Positions 11,901 through 24,654 of a stretch of 64,000 nucleotides of DNA are shown one piece after another. Below the pieces are notes generated by a model. That model saw only the letters and a list, made by a program, of their open reading frames with translations, searched no databases and was not told the origin of the DNA. Positions within the stretch are counted from its first letter, which is position 1, and each line of letters opens with the position of its first letter. The position numbers and the translations under genes are program-made. Source of the DNA: a virus; UHGV virus genome UHGV-1351068; one strand, written 5' to 3'.

Positions 11901-12041
11901 CGTAAACCGTTAAGTCCTACGTTTGACCAATCAGCAGTAACGTTTGCTAATTATCGCGATTTAGTTAACCAACGTCTTAAAGACGATGCAGGTAATCCTC
12001 GCGATCCTGAAAATCCGACACAGGTAAAAATTGATGAGTAA
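8943..12041 (+). CDS. 7: baseplate wedge protein gp7
   Basis: 1032 aa, the same length as T4 gp7. ATGA overlap with gene 6. Confidence 0.9.
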   Translation: MTIAPFVTSLRIHKLSANQVNIRWDDVGANFYYFVELAETRNRAGEVIPADNLSWSSLGYTADNDWFEQNRIEPLTYYKMRVQTTSAGFEPSEWVETEEFQTFEENAYTFEHMQEFSLVKEFIKQKFSLNNMSYVNFNTSAMMASLMTESFQFSPEYSHLSAIENFVVGESGYHEIQGPIEAVCVDKNRTMLGEIDGILYLFERFQHMVKVSNDKGQNWQYVQLFNDRVGNPVSRVVIYQSSTTSYVLGYDKIFYGRKSSDVRWSSNEVKFSDNEVTFAKLGDQLKLGFEVELFGTYASLPADVTKYAEAFTCNDDHLYVVAKDTVRRVKLKDAPIDTDPLSPTFGEKVFEKEASHITGNPKSVCFKMDSVGGKIFALITGEVKTLGLDPTDPRNVVDSATKGVYVYQEGTNTWKRVFGNTDEEKRRIEHLWTSMSTDGKEIFFSSANFKTTEYAQDIELETKYPELISTAVKNVNPIQYHSDKHYHMMSFRADEFSRWETFVPGPMRFYAEPWFVWMAREGNRCWISTADHAVVIYNDILYQKRVDAAAQGTTERVLSEVWDKGDATFYCPPVSFNGFLQYASGIMFHETDGKLIGYYAFDYRVRDQVTLNWKPTDVMFKAFLQNQTREEDWTPEHTPGLRDPDLRPYLTKMMPDSYLLQDSNFEHFCKYYLQFLSDGNGTHYNSLVNLVKNKYPREENAWEYLWSEVYKRNIYLSKDARDAVVRFFEARKNDFYATKGIEDSYKFLFKLLYNEDVEIDIESKNTTEYDIIVESTNISDDLVGRTIYTASGRSNVTYIEREYRDGRLLWRITIHNLSGRFIEGQEIKSERTDFEGIIVQGVRGKDMLSNNIDYINRSRSYYVMKIKSQLPTSRFRDDVLRFVHPVGFGFIGITLLTMFINSGLNMKHVETIINKLKNYKWDAGLPSVYPDRVAIIASDDTIERDPITNEPRYSSRAQAGEPFPLPANYNQENNNSVIAGQNPGQRRKPLSPTFDQSAVTFANYRDLVNQRLKDDAGNPRDPENPTQVKIDE

Positions 12042-13059
12042 TTCAACAAGAGCAAGTTCAACGCGTAGCACGATTTATCGTGCTATCATTACATCTAAGT
12101 TTAGAACTGAAAAGATGTACACATTTTATAAATCGATTGGTCCGGGAACGGACCAAAACACACTGTATGTTTCATTTGGCAAAAGCACTCCGTGGTCAGA
12201 TAACGAATCTGAACCCGGATTTGCACCTCCATATCCCGCTGATAATGGAGATGGGGTAGTTGATGTTTGGACAAATATGATGGGCGCGGTCAAAATTGAA
12301 TCATCAATGCTTGACTGTGTTGTTCCAAGAAGAGACTGGGGAGATACAAGATATCCTAACCCACGCACATTTCTAATTGGCGATATCGTTGTTGCTAACT
12401 CTGCGCCATATAACAGAACTGATGCTGGATTTGGATGGATGGTATATAGATGTATTGATGTTCCAAAGGATGGAATGTGTTCAATTGGCAATCTTACAAG
12501 CAAAGAAGAATGTATTAAGCTTGGGGGTAAATGGACACCATCCACTATTTCTGGTTCAGCTCCTCGAGGTCGTGGTGATGCAAATGGTACCGTCGATTTG
12601 GGCGATGGATATCTTTGGGAATATCTATATGAAATTCCAGCCGACGTATCAATTAACAGATGTACAAATGAATATATCGTAGTTCCTTGGCCAGAAGAGA
12701 TTGAAGAATCTCCAGCCCGTTGGGGATTTCAAAACAACTTAACTTGGCAACAAAACGACTTTAATTTGATTTATCGCATGAAATGCAATACTATCAGGTT
12801 TAAAGCGTATCTTGATGCGGTTTATTTTCCGGAGTTCAGTCTTCCGGGAAATACTGGATTTAGACAGCTGTCAATTATAACTAATCCGCTTGAAGTTAAG
12901 CCAATGCCAAATTCACCTAATGTTAAGGCTGAAAAAGGCTGGTATAGTGCTTCTGGTCTTGAAAGACAGTCAGGTGAAATGATTTACATGGAAAATCGGC
13001 AACCTATTATTCGTTCAATGGACCAAACGGAAGAATTAAACTTAATTTTCGAGTTTTAA
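12034..13059 (+). CDS. 8: baseplate wedge protein gp8
   Basis: About 341 aa. Very close to T4 gp8 as remembered: YRAI.TSKFRTEKM, PRRDWGDTRYP, NRCTNEYIVVPWPEE, IYMENR.PII.MDQTEE. Confidence 0.92.
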   Translation: MSNSTRASSTRSTIYRAIITSKFRTEKMYTFYKSIGPGTDQNTLYVSFGKSTPWSDNESEPGFAPPYPADNGDGVVDVWTNMMGAVKIESSMLDCVVPRRDWGDTRYPNPRTFLIGDIVVANSAPYNRTDAGFGWMVYRCIDVPKDGMCSIGNLTSKEECIKLGGKWTPSTISGSAPRGRGDANGTVDLGDGYLWEYLYEIPADVSINRCTNEYIVVPWPEEIEESPARWGFQNNLTWQQNDFNLIYRMKCNTIRFKAYLDAVYFPEFSLPGNTGFRQLSIITNPLEVKPMPNSPNVKAEKGWYSASGLERQSGEMIYMENRQPIIRSMDQTEELNLIFEF

Positions 13060-13063
13060 TTAT

Positions 13064-13089
13064 GGGGAGCCTTCGGCTCCCCATTTTTA
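13064..13089 (+). terminator. rho-independent terminator with a UUCG tetraloop
   Basis: GGGGAGC-CTTCGG-CTCCCC followed by ATTTTTAT. Confidence 0.7.
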
Positions 13090-13097
13090 TATAAATA
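13090..13097 (+). promoter_or_regulatory. late promoter for gene 9
   Basis: TATAAATA core. SD GAGGTT follows, then the ATG at 13126. Confidence 0.65.
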
Positions 13098-13125
13098 AGA
13101 CTATACTTTGATATGAGGTTAACCT

Positions 13126-14037
13126 ATGTATACAGATAAGGGTAAAAAAATAATTGACGTCGGTGAGATTGGTAATGCTTCTACCGGCGACATTCTGTAT
13201 GATGGCGGTGTGAAAATTAATGATAACTTCGACGCCATTTACAACGCCTTCGCTGATCAACGATTATTTGCAGCTGGTGGCGGAGCATTGAACCAAAAAA
13301 TTCATGCAACAAGCTATTACCAAAAGATAAAATTTGGAGATGCTAACTCTGCAGGGACAGTTCCAATGGGGTCATGCATAGATGCTGATTGTTCAGAAGG
13401 TGCAGTTCAAATACGTCTTTCAAAAGGTAAAGCGGGAGAAGCTGTATTCGTTGTAAATAGTAATGGCTCAGCATCAAAAGCTAGATCCATAAAAATAACA
13501 ACAAACGGCGAAGGTGTAGCAGATGCATTTAAAGATGGATCGCGAGAGTTGATTATCAACACGCCAAGATGTAGAATTGAATTGTGGTGTGTTGAAGTCA
13601 AAGCTAACGGTGCTGCAGTTTGGGATTATTCAATTTCAAGTATGTTTGGCAGCACATATTCGCCGTTAGAAGCTACATATAATTTAACGAGTTCTCCTAT
13701 TAATATTCGGCTTGGATATAACGATGATTACTCTACTGTTAAATTGTTATTAAGCTTCAGCGCAAATCCAGGTGGTCAAACCATCAAAAGGCAATCATCT
13801 GAAGTCATGCTTATGATTGACCCGACTATTACTTCATCAGCGCCAAACGGAAGAGTATTTGACACTGAATATGCAGTGTTAAGAAGCGGTGAATCATCTG
13901 AAAATGAAAAGATGTATTCTATTTCATACTCTATTAACGCGCAGAAAGATTTAATATGCACAGCTTCAACATCTTATGGAAACGCCCGTTTGGCAGTTAA
14001 AGTTATTGCTACACAGACCGTAGGGGTATCTCAATAA
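13126..14037 (+). CDS. 9: baseplate wedge and tail-fibre socket protein gp9
   Basis: 303 aa (T4 gp9 is 288 aa). Synteny. Confidence 0.82.
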   Translation: MYTDKGKKIIDVGEIGNASTGDILYDGGVKINDNFDAIYNAFADQRLFAAGGGALNQKIHATSYYQKIKFGDANSAGTVPMGSCIDADCSEGAVQIRLSKGKAGEAVFVVNSNGSASKARSIKITTNGEGVADAFKDGSRELIINTPRCRIELWCVEVKANGAAVWDYSISSMFGSTYSPLEATYNLTSSPINIRLGYNDDYSTVKLLLSFSANPGGQTIKRQSSEVMLMIDPTITSSAPNGRVFDTEYAVLRSGESSENEKMYSISYSINAQKDLICTASTSYGNARLAVKVIATQTVGVSQ

Positions 14038-15860
14038 TGAAACAAAATTTGATAGTAGGCCAATCAGTAGATGATGGGTCTGGTGATTACCTCCGTAAAG
14101 GTGGTCTTAAAATTAATAACAACTTTGATGATTTATATTCAGAGTTAGGTGATGGTTCAGTTCCATTCGCAGCAGGTGCATGGAAAACTTTTAAAGCTAG
14201 CCCTACTGGAACTACTTTAAATGCTAAGTTTGGTCAGGCCTTTGCTATTAATACCCAGGCAGCAAGAGTTAACGTTCAGCTTCCAAAGGGTACAGCCAAC
14301 GACTATAACAAAGTTATTAAACTTCGTGATGTTTGGTCAACCTGGCGATTAAGCCCAATCACAGTTATTCCTGCTCAAGGCGATACATTAAAGGGTTCAG
14401 CTTCTCCTAAAATTTTCAATACTAACTTCCAAGATTTGGAATTGGTTTATTGCGCCCCTGGCCGCTGGGAATATATTGAAAATAAAACTGTAGATAAGCT
14501 AACTAATGGTAACTTAAGTACTGTAGCGAAAAAATCAATTATTGCTACTGCGGGTCAGACTGACTTTCTTAACATTTTTGATGGCGTAGAATATAACGAA
14601 GACTCGCTTAATGTATATCGTCGTGGTAATATTTTATATTACGGTGAAACCAGCGTTATGGATAAAGCCAATGCTGATTACGGTTCTCCTGGAACAGTAG
14701 CAGGTCAATTGGTAGAATTAAACGGTAAAGACATTCGTTTAAAAGTTCCATGTGTTGAAGGGGAAGTAATAACATTTGAAACCTTCCTAGATGGAATTGG
14801 TGTTTATCGGTCTTCATACAACAAGTTGGCTATCCAGATACGAGATTCAGCCCAGACTACATCCCAGACGATTCCTGGGTCAATGATAGTAGATAACCTT
14901 GCTACTCTCCGCAGAATCACTCTGGATGACATGGGTGTACTTCCGGGCGTAGGGGTAAATCCTAACTCGCTTGAAATTTCGTTGAACGGAAAGGAATTAC
15001 TCGAAGCTGGAACTGCAGGTCTTCCTTTATTTTATTGTGAAGGTGCGGAAGGTGGATACGCAGAAGACTGTATAAACAATGGTGGTCAATGGGTAAATTC
15101 TAACCAAGACTATAGACTGGAATTTGACTCAACTGGTACTAACGTCGAAGCTATTATTTTTGGTGAGGCGTTTGAAGATAAAGACCTTCTTACCGTCCGT
15201 TGGTTCAATAATAACATCGGTACTACTATGGATATTGACGATATCATGGCAGAAACCGACCAAGTGTATATGAATGCTGAGCAATTAGTAACTCTAAAAA
15301 ATCGCATTGAATACACAAATTATGATGAACCTAATCAGAAAAATATGCGTCCGGTTGCTGACGATATTATGATTAAAGTCAATAATATTGCAGCATTTTT
15401 TGACGTAATTTATCCGATTGGCACGATTTATGAAAACGCTCACAACCACGCAAACCCTGCTGACTATATGGGATTTGGGGTGTGGAAGCTTTATTCACAA
15501 GGCCGTGTTACTGCTGGTTGGAATAATGATTCATCTGATCCTTATTTTTCGCGTAACAACAATAACTTAAACGAAAATGGTCAGCCATCATTAACAGCAG
15601 GTGGAACGGTTGGAGATTTGACATTTACGTTAGGAAAAGAACACATTCCTGAACTAATGTCAAGAGATAAAGTTCTAATTTCAGACCCTGAACATGGAAG
15701 CGTAGTTATCGGTGGATGTCAATTAGACCCAGACGCGCAGGGACCAGGTTATTCTAAATACCGTGAAGACACTGTTGCGGTAAACAACGGTGTAGTTCCA
15801 AATGACATCACTAAAATTCAGCCAACAATCACCGTTTATCGTTGGATTAGGGTAGGTTAA
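14037..15860 (+). CDS. 10: baseplate wedge and pin protein gp10
   Basis: 607 aa (T4 gp10 is 602 aa). C-terminus ...TVYRWIRVG is like T4. TAATG coupling to gene 9. Confidence 0.9.
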   Translation: MKQNLIVGQSVDDGSGDYLRKGGLKINNNFDDLYSELGDGSVPFAAGAWKTFKASPTGTTLNAKFGQAFAINTQAARVNVQLPKGTANDYNKVIKLRDVWSTWRLSPITVIPAQGDTLKGSASPKIFNTNFQDLELVYCAPGRWEYIENKTVDKLTNGNLSTVAKKSIIATAGQTDFLNIFDGVEYNEDSLNVYRRGNILYYGETSVMDKANADYGSPGTVAGQLVELNGKDIRLKVPCVEGEVITFETFLDGIGVYRSSYNKLAIQIRDSAQTTSQTIPGSMIVDNLATLRRITLDDMGVLPGVGVNPNSLEISLNGKELLEAGTAGLPLFYCEGAEGGYAEDCINNGGQWVNSNQDYRLEFDSTGTNVEAIIFGEAFEDKDLLTVRWFNNNIGTTMDIDDIMAETDQVYMNAEQLVTLKNRIEYTNYDEPNQKNMRPVADDIMIKVNNIAAFFDVIYPIGTIYENAHNHANPADYMGFGVWKLYSQGRVTAGWNNDSSDPYFSRNNNNLNENGQPSLTAGGTVGDLTFTLGKEHIPELMSRDKVLISDPEHGSVVIGGCQLDPDAQGPGYSKYREDTVAVNNGVVPNDITKIQPTITVYRWIRVG

Positions 15861-15861
15861 A

Positions 15862-16533
15862 ATGACGATTGAAACTAAAACTCGTGAAGGAGCTAAAGTT
15901 AATTCAAGATTAGCTGCTTTTTCAGAATATCGCGTTGACCCGCAAAATATTGCGGTAGGAAATACGGCTCCTATAGGGAGCCTAACCTTTGAACAAATGG
16001 ATTTAGGGGTTTGGTATCCAAATACTGAAGCTGCTATTAATGATTTGATGTCATTGCAGTCAGCAGAAATTGGAACTATTATTTGCAATGACACTGGAAT
16101 ATCTCCACAGCCCGCACAGCAAATTACGCGTGCTACTTTTTCAGGTGTCGTTGCGTTAGAGCCAAAAGAAGACGGCTCTGTCGGTGACCCAGTAATAATT
16201 CATATTCTTGGCTTACCAATTAGAATTGCAAACGGTGATGACTTTGCAGCAGTAGCAACACGTTGGTATGATAAAGTAAAAGAATTAGAAGCTGTTGGAA
16301 AGGTTGTTCAACAGGTTACTCAATCGCCGGCAACACCACAGTATGTTGATATTATTCATTTAGATTATCAGAACCATAATTTTGAAACATATAAAAAGTA
16401 TGGTTTAACTGTTGAATTTACTATTACTTCACCAGCTAAAGCAGGTTATGGGCAATGGGATGCTATCGGCAACGAATCTAAAACCTTCGGCGCGAACACA
16501 TTTACTTTCCACTATTTTAGAAGGATGGGATAA
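15862..16533 (+). CDS. 11: baseplate pin and short-tail-fibre connector gp11
   Basis: 223 aa (T4 gp11 is 219 aa). Synteny. Confidence 0.88.
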   Translation: MTIETKTREGAKVNSRLAAFSEYRVDPQNIAVGNTAPIGSLTFEQMDLGVWYPNTEAAINDLMSLQSAEIGTIICNDTGISPQPAQQITRATFSGVVALEPKEDGSVGDPVIIHILGLPIRIANGDDFAAVATRWYDKVKELEAVGKVVQQVTQSPATPQYVDIIHLDYQNHNFETYKKYGLTVEFTITSPAKAGYGQWDAIGNESKTFGANTFTFHYFRRMG

Positions 16534-17879
16534 TGGCCCAGAATAACTATAATCACTACAGTGATTTGGCCAAATATACGATATTTGACCCAACAAATAC
16601 ACAATGGCCTGTTGCTATAAAAGACGTCCAATCAGCGTTAGAGCTGATTGGTAGCTGGGCAAGAACTGATACCGGATTACCTGTAGCATCTCCTACAGTA
16701 GCCGGTGTAATTCGCACAGCAACACAGGCTGAAGTTGATGCTGGAACTATTGGTAATGCTGCGGTAACTCCTGCTACATTAAAATCCACAGTTACCCGTC
16801 CTGAAGCAACTACAACAGTTCTTGGCTTAACACGGTATGCTACTAATACTGAAGCCGCAGCATTAACCGCAGGAAATAGAACTATTACCGCGGCGGCTCT
16901 CGGTCATGTGTTTAAAACTGTGAAAGCCCAAGAAAACGTAGATGGAACTGTTAGGTTAACTACTGCGGCTCAAGCGCAAGCAGGAACTGACGAAACTACC
17001 GCAGTAACTCCTAAGCGTGTTGTAGAAATGATTGGAAAGTTCAGTGTCAGTCCTCCTAGTTATACCTCTGCGACAGAAAGCAACTTGGGATTAGTTCGTG
17101 TCGCAACCCAAGCCCAGGTAGCAGCAGGTGCTGTTCACGATGGATACGCAGTAACTCCAAAAACCTTCATGGCATCAAAAGCGTCTGACAGCGTATTTGG
17201 TATAGTAAAATTTGCTAAAGACTCAGATGTGGCTTCAGCTACTTCTAACAATTTGGCTGTTACTCCAAAAAGTCTTCAAGCGCTAAAATCCACCAAGGAT
17301 AAATATGGATTAACCAGATTATCAGGTTCTCCAACTACTGATGCTTCATTGGCAGCGGCTGCAACAGATGCAGTCTTTAAAACCCGTAGAATAAACGGAA
17401 AAACTCTTGACAATGACATAACGATTACTAACAATGATATTAATTGTTATACAAGACAAGAATCTGACGGGCGTTACATGCCAGCTGGAACCAGAGTAGG
17501 TAATGTTACTTGGGTTGAAGGTCAATCTTGGATTAGTCGAGGTGCAACGTTTACATGTAATGCACCATGGGAAGCTTCTAGTAGATTAGCTCTAAATGTT
17601 AATGTAAAATTTGAGCGTAACAACGACGGATATGACAATCGTATTTTCAGATTTGTTGTAATAGTTAACGGTTCCCAATGGGGCGGTGAACTTACTCTTA
17701 ACATCGAAAATACTAAAGGCGGACGAAATGGTCATTCATGGAGATTTGAAGCTTACGCATCTAGCAACTTTTTCTTCAATAACATTCCTCCAAATGCCAC
17801 TGTTCAAATAAGACCAACAGAAGACAGTCGTATTATATTTTATGACTGCATGCTTACATTCTGTACAAATAGACCGTAA
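16533..17879 (+). CDS. 12: short tail fibre gp12
   Basis: 448 aa. Repeated (A/V)VTPK(T/S)L-type motifs typical of gp12. Synteny. Confidence 0.82.
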   Translation: MAQNNYNHYSDLAKYTIFDPTNTQWPVAIKDVQSALELIGSWARTDTGLPVASPTVAGVIRTATQAEVDAGTIGNAAVTPATLKSTVTRPEATTTVLGLTRYATNTEAAALTAGNRTITAAALGHVFKTVKAQENVDGTVRLTTAAQAQAGTDETTAVTPKRVVEMIGKFSVSPPSYTSATESNLGLVRVATQAQVAAGAVHDGYAVTPKTFMASKASDSVFGIVKFAKDSDVASATSNNLAVTPKSLQALKSTKDKYGLTRLSGSPTTDASLAAAATDAVFKTRRINGKTLDNDITITNNDINCYTRQESDGRYMPAGTRVGNVTWVEGQSWISRGATFTCNAPWEASSRLALNVNVKFERNNDGYDNRIFRFVVIVNGSQWGGELTLNIENTKGGRNGHSWRFEAYASSNFFFNNIPPNATVQIRPTEDSRIIFYDCMLTFCTNRP

Positions 17880-17887
17880 GGAACAAT

Positions 17888-19654
17888 ATGACCAAACTAG
17901 TAGATTCGCTTCCGTTCGTAGACGGAATTCCAGACGATTTTCAACAGAGAATTAACTGGATAAAAAATACAGAGCCTCTTAATGGGGCTTCAACCCGCTA
18001 TGGAAATGATGGAGAACTGAATAGAGCTTCTGTTCAAATCCAGAAAAACGTTGTTCAGGTACATAACGATTTGAACAACGTTGGAACTGCTGTAGAAAAT
18101 ATTCAAGTAGATGTAGACCAAATCAAAAAATCGTTAGAAATTACAGGTTCTTCTGACGCCATTGAGCAGGTTTATATCAATAAAAAGAATATTGAAAAGC
18201 ATGATGGACAAATTCTTAAATTAGAAGAAGACACCGAAAAACTTCGAACTGACCTTGATTTTCTCGAAGAGGATGTAGGTGTTTATGATTCTAGTAAAGA
18301 TGACTATTACAGAACAGTTCGTGATAATATAGTTTGGGTTAAACGTGAAATTGGTGCGTATCCTGGGCAAGATATTAACGGACAGCCGAAGCAAGACTCT
18401 CCGGGTTCTGGTATGAAATACCGAATCATCAATAATGCGTCAGCTATAGTAAAACATGACGAGCGTATTCAGGCGCTAGAGGATGCATACAATGATTCAG
18501 ACGTAGGTTCTCTGACTATTGAAGTAAACGACCTGCGTAAAGAAGTTGGTCCTAAATCCGGAGCTACGTCAGCTTCAATTTATGCAAGGCTTGTGAATAA
18601 CGCTGATGCTATTTCCGCAGCTAATAATGAAATCTTTGCTATTAACCAAGCCATTGATTTTACCAATCCAGTAAAAATTGGAGCTCGTACTACTAGATTA
18701 GAAAACGATTATCGTATAGTTGACGTAACACTTAACTCTGCACAAACCGGGTTAGTTCCTCGTGTCAATAATATTGATGCTCGTTTAGGGTCTTCTGATA
18801 AGCCTGATACTATTGAAGGAAAAATTAGTTCTCTTTCAACTGACCAAGGGTACATTTCTGATGTTGTAGGACGTGATACTTCATCAGGGCTTCAGGGTCA
18901 AGTAGCATGGATAAACCAACAGGTTGGTATTGTTCCTAGCGAGCAGCCGATTCCTCCTGGGTCAATTTTAGCGAGAATGACCAATGTTGAAGGTATGCAA
19001 AACTCTCAACAGTCTGCTATTCAGGACATTCAAGTAGAACTTGGCAATAACAATGAAGTGTTAAAGGGTTCTGTATTTACATTACAGACTCAAATGAATG
19101 GTGACTTTTCGTCAGAAAACCCAGTTCAACGTGATGGTGTATACGCTACTGTAGTAGAATTGCAAGATAAATTCGTGACTGCAGTTACTGACGTAGAACA
19201 AGCTGGAGCATACCTCCGTAAACAGGGCGAATGGTTTAAAAAACCTTCATCAATAGGTGAATTCAGTAAAGAAGATTTCACTGTTGATTTAAGTTCTGAT
19301 GCATTGGTAAATCCTAACTCATTGGTCGCTGCTCCATTCAATGCTGGCATTCGTATTGTCGATGACATTGTTGTTGATGACGATGGCGTATTTTGCGTAG
19401 AAACTGATACGGTTATCGAAGCTTCTGATTCAGATAAAGGCGTGAAAATTGTTATTCTCGTTAATAACATCGAGGTGTTTTCCTACGGGCTCGGTGTTAA
19501 GGCTGTAACGGGCGAACAGTTGATTAAAACCAAGAAACTCATTGAGTTTTCATCTGGTGATGCAATCAAAATCGTGTATAGAGCTGCTTCAGAAGAATCG
19601 CAGGTTCTTGTTAAAATTAAATCTTTGGATATTACTATTCATCCAGCTGTATAA
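17888..19654 (+). CDS. wac: fibritin (whisker) wac with an extended C-terminus
   Basis: 588 aa. N-terminus LPFVDGIPDDFQQRINWIKN and the central segmented coiled coil resemble T4 fibritin. A foldon-like AGAYLRKQGEWFKK is followed by about 125 extra residues. Confidence 0.85.
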   Translation: MTKLVDSLPFVDGIPDDFQQRINWIKNTEPLNGASTRYGNDGELNRASVQIQKNVVQVHNDLNNVGTAVENIQVDVDQIKKSLEITGSSDAIEQVYINKKNIEKHDGQILKLEEDTEKLRTDLDFLEEDVGVYDSSKDDYYRTVRDNIVWVKREIGAYPGQDINGQPKQDSPGSGMKYRIINNASAIVKHDERIQALEDAYNDSDVGSLTIEVNDLRKEVGPKSGATSASIYARLVNNADAISAANNEIFAINQAIDFTNPVKIGARTTRLENDYRIVDVTLNSAQTGLVPRVNNIDARLGSSDKPDTIEGKISSLSTDQGYISDVVGRDTSSGLQGQVAWINQQVGIVPSEQPIPPGSILARMTNVEGMQNSQQSAIQDIQVELGNNNEVLKGSVFTLQTQMNGDFSSENPVQRDGVYATVVELQDKFVTAVTDVEQAGAYLRKQGEWFKKPSSIGEFSKEDFTVDLSSDALVNPNSLVAAPFNAGIRIVDDIVVDDDGVFCVETDTVIEASDSDKGVKIVILVNNIEVFSYGLGVKAVTGEQLIKTKKLIEFSSGDAIKIVYRAASEESQVLVKIKSLDITIHPAV

Positions 19655-19659
19655 CAAAA

Positions 19660-19680
19660 GGGACCTTCGGGTCCCTTTTT
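19660..19680 (+). terminator. rho-independent terminator
   Basis: GGGACC-TTCG-GGTCCC followed by TTTTT. Confidence 0.7.
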
Positions 19681-19682
19681 CG

Positions 19683-19690
19683 TATAAATA
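19683..19690 (+). promoter_or_regulatory. late promoter for genes 13-14
   Basis: TATAAATA. SD AAGAGGAG follows, then the ATG at 19712. Confidence 0.65.
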
Positions 19691-19711
19691 GGAATATAAA
19701 GAGGAGTTCAT

Positions 19712-20653
19712 ATGTCATACAACACGTACAACCCAAAAACGCTTAAAGACGCTATACTTCGACGTCTAGGAGCGCCGGTAATTAATGTAGAAGTAACTGA
19801 AGACCAAATTTATGATTGTATTCAACGAGCATTAGAGTTGTATGGTGAATACCACTTTAACGGATTGAATAAAGGTTATCAAGTTTTTTATATTGGAAAA
19901 GACGAAGCTGACAACGCAAGATTTTTGAACGGCGTATTTGATTTGCGCGGCCGTAATGTATTTGCTGTCACCCAAATTGTTAGAACAAATGTAGGTTCAT
20001 TAACTTCAATGGATGGTAATGCGACATACCCATGGTTTACCGACTTTCTAATGGGAATGGCAGGAATTAATGGCGGAATGGGGTCAAGCTGTAATAAAAG
20101 CTATGGGCCAAATGCGTTTGGTGCTGACCTTGGCTATTTTACTCAATTGATGACTTACTGGTCAATGATGCAAGATTTACTTGCTCCTCTCCCGGATTAT
20201 TGGTATAACTCTGATAATGAAATGCTTAAAGTAATGGGCAACTTCATGAAGGGTGACATCATTGTCTGTGAATGCTGGACCAAATCATTTATGAATACAG
20301 ATGCGATGGTAGGCAATACAGCAGGATACGGATTTGCTGGGCCGCAAACTGCTGATCATTGGGGATTAGGAGATAGATATCAGAATCCTGACCTTCGTAA
20401 TAATGGTCAATATGCTGGTGAAGGTAATACAAATAGAGAAGGCGCATATAATAATCGTTGGGTAAAAGATTATGCTACAGCATTAACTAAAAAGCTGTGG
20501 GGTGAAATTCTTTTTAAACATCAGGGTCTGCAATTGGCAGGTGGAGTTACAGTTGATGGTCAAACACTTAAGGTAGAGGCCCAAGAAGAAATCGAGAGGC
20601 TCCGAGAGGAACTTGATTTACTTGACCCGGGTTGTCCTATTCTGTTGGGGTAA
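19712..20653 (+). CDS. 13: neck protein gp13
   Basis: 313 aa (T4 gp13 is 309 aa). Synteny. Confidence 0.85.
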   Translation: MSYNTYNPKTLKDAILRRLGAPVINVEVTEDQIYDCIQRALELYGEYHFNGLNKGYQVFYIGKDEADNARFLNGVFDLRGRNVFAVTQIVRTNVGSLTSMDGNATYPWFTDFLMGMAGINGGMGSSCNKSYGPNAFGADLGYFTQLMTYWSMMQDLLAPLPDYWYNSDNEMLKVMGNFMKGDIIVCECWTKSFMNTDAMVGNTAGYGFAGPQTADHWGLGDRYQNPDLRNNGQYAGEGNTNREGAYNNRWVKDYATALTKKLWGEILFKHQGLQLAGGVTVDGQTLKVEAQEEIERLREELDLLDPGCPILLG

Positions 20654-20656
20654 AAG

Positions 20657-21433
20657 ATGTCTACATTTGATTCTAGGCTCTTCGCTAAACTCGAAGATTA
20701 TCAAGGATATAATAAAACTAATGAGACTGAAATTCTCAATCCTTATGTGAATTTTTATAATCACAGAAATAGCCAAACGTTAGCAGATGCTTTATCGGCT
20801 GAGGCTATTCAAATGAGAGGAATTGAGTTTTATTTCCTTCCTCGTGAATATAACAATCCTGATTTGCTTTTTGGAGAAGACCCATCAAGTAAATTCACCA
20901 AAGCTTGGAAATTTGCTGCTTATTTAGATTCATTTGAAGGATATTCTGGCGATAACACATTCTTTAGTAAATTTGGTATGATGGTTAATGATGAAGTCAA
21001 TTTGACTATTAATCCCAACCTATTCAAGCATCAAACTAATAATTCTGAACCAAAAGCCGGTGACCTAATTTATTTTCCTATGGATAACTCATTATTCGAA
21101 ATTAACTGGGTTCAGCCATACGATCCATTTTATCAGTTAGGTCAAAATGTTCAACGCAAGATTACTGCACAAAAATACATTTATTCTGGTGAGCAGCTTC
21201 AGCCAGAATTGCAACGTAATGAAGGCATTAATATTCCTGAATTTTCTGAGCTTGATTTAGAACCAATCAAAAATATAGATGCTCTTGCTGATATTTCTGA
21301 TATACAATACGCAGAAAGTGATGAAATCAATAAAGAAGCCTCTGAATATGTTCATCCGTATTATGTTAATAACGGAAGAGGACTTGAGTCCCCTCCTAAA
21401 GCAGATTCGTTTGATGACGGGTTCTTCGAATAA
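20657..21433 (+). CDS. 14: neck protein gp14
   Basis: 258 aa (T4 gp14 is 256 aa). Synteny. Confidence 0.85.
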   Translation: MSTFDSRLFAKLEDYQGYNKTNETEILNPYVNFYNHRNSQTLADALSAEAIQMRGIEFYFLPREYNNPDLLFGEDPSSKFTKAWKFAAYLDSFEGYSGDNTFFSKFGMMVNDEVNLTINPNLFKHQTNNSEPKAGDLIYFPMDNSLFEINWVQPYDPFYQLGQNVQRKITAQKYIYSGEQLQPELQRNEGINIPEFSELDLEPIKNIDALADISDIQYAESDEINKEASEYVHPYYVNNGRGLESPPKADSFDDGFFE

Positions 21434-21446
21434 ATAAAATAAAGAT

Positions 21447-21462
21447 GGGACCTTTGGGTCCC
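21447..21462 (+). promoter_or_regulatory. intercistronic hairpin immediately 5' of the gene 15 SD
   Basis: GGGACC-TTTG-GGTCCC with no T-run after it. AATAAATA (a late-promoter-like variant) lies just upstream. Confidence 0.4.
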
Positions 21463-21474
21463 TTAGGAGAAATC

Positions 21475-22295
21475 ATGTTTGGACATTGGTATAATTCGTC
21501 CTTACGCCGATACATTGTATTGCTTGGAGATTTATTTTCTCATGTACAAATTGCTCGTTGGCGTGAAGACACTGGACTAAAATATATTAAAGTACCTATC
21601 ACTTATGCTTCAAAGGAAAAGTTCCTTTCTCAACTCGGAAAATGGACTGCTATTCAGTCTACCGAGAATAAAGCAAAGATAGAAACTGTTTTGCCAAGAA
21701 TGAATTTGCACTTGGTTGATATGCAATACAATGCGATGTATAAAACATCACAGTTGAATAGAACCAAATCATATAAAACCCCTTCAAAAATTACATCTCA
21801 GTATAATCCTACTCCGATTAAGATGATTTTTGAATTGGGAATTTATACACGCAATCAAGATGATATGTATCAAATCATCGAGCAAATCGTTCCTTATTTT
21901 CAGCCGCATTTTAACACGACTATAACTGAGCTTTACGACAAAGACACAAGCTTTAATCGTGATGTTAGAATTGTATTACAGTCATTTTCTCAGGATGAAG
22001 CTGTTGATGGAGATAATATCACTCGCCGTAGATTAGAATGGTCGCTGATGTTTGAAGTCAATGGCTGGTTGTATCCGCCTGTAGCTGAAATTGATGGCGA
22101 AATTAGAACCATTTATTTAGATTTCTTCGCTAACAGCAAGGAGTTAACTCCAGAAGGAAACTTTGAATCAGTAGATAGCGAAGTCACTCCACGAGATGTT
22201 CAACACGAAAATTGGGATGGTTCTAGTAAACAAACTTATTCTCACGATATTCCTATTCCGGTAAATCCGGAGGCTCCTGGACCGAGAGGTGAAAA

Positions 22296-22299
<4 letters not shown>
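21475..22299 (+). CDS. 15: tail sheath stabiliser and completion protein gp15 (start trimmed to MFGHWYNSS)
   Basis: 274 aa (T4 gp15 is 272 aa). The N-terminus resembles T4 (MFGYFYNSS.RRY). The track's upstream extension is encoded by the hairpin. Confidence 0.85.
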
Positions 22300-24623
<2,324 letters not shown>

Positions 24624-24654
24624 AATAAAAAGCAAACAACATTGAGGATATATC

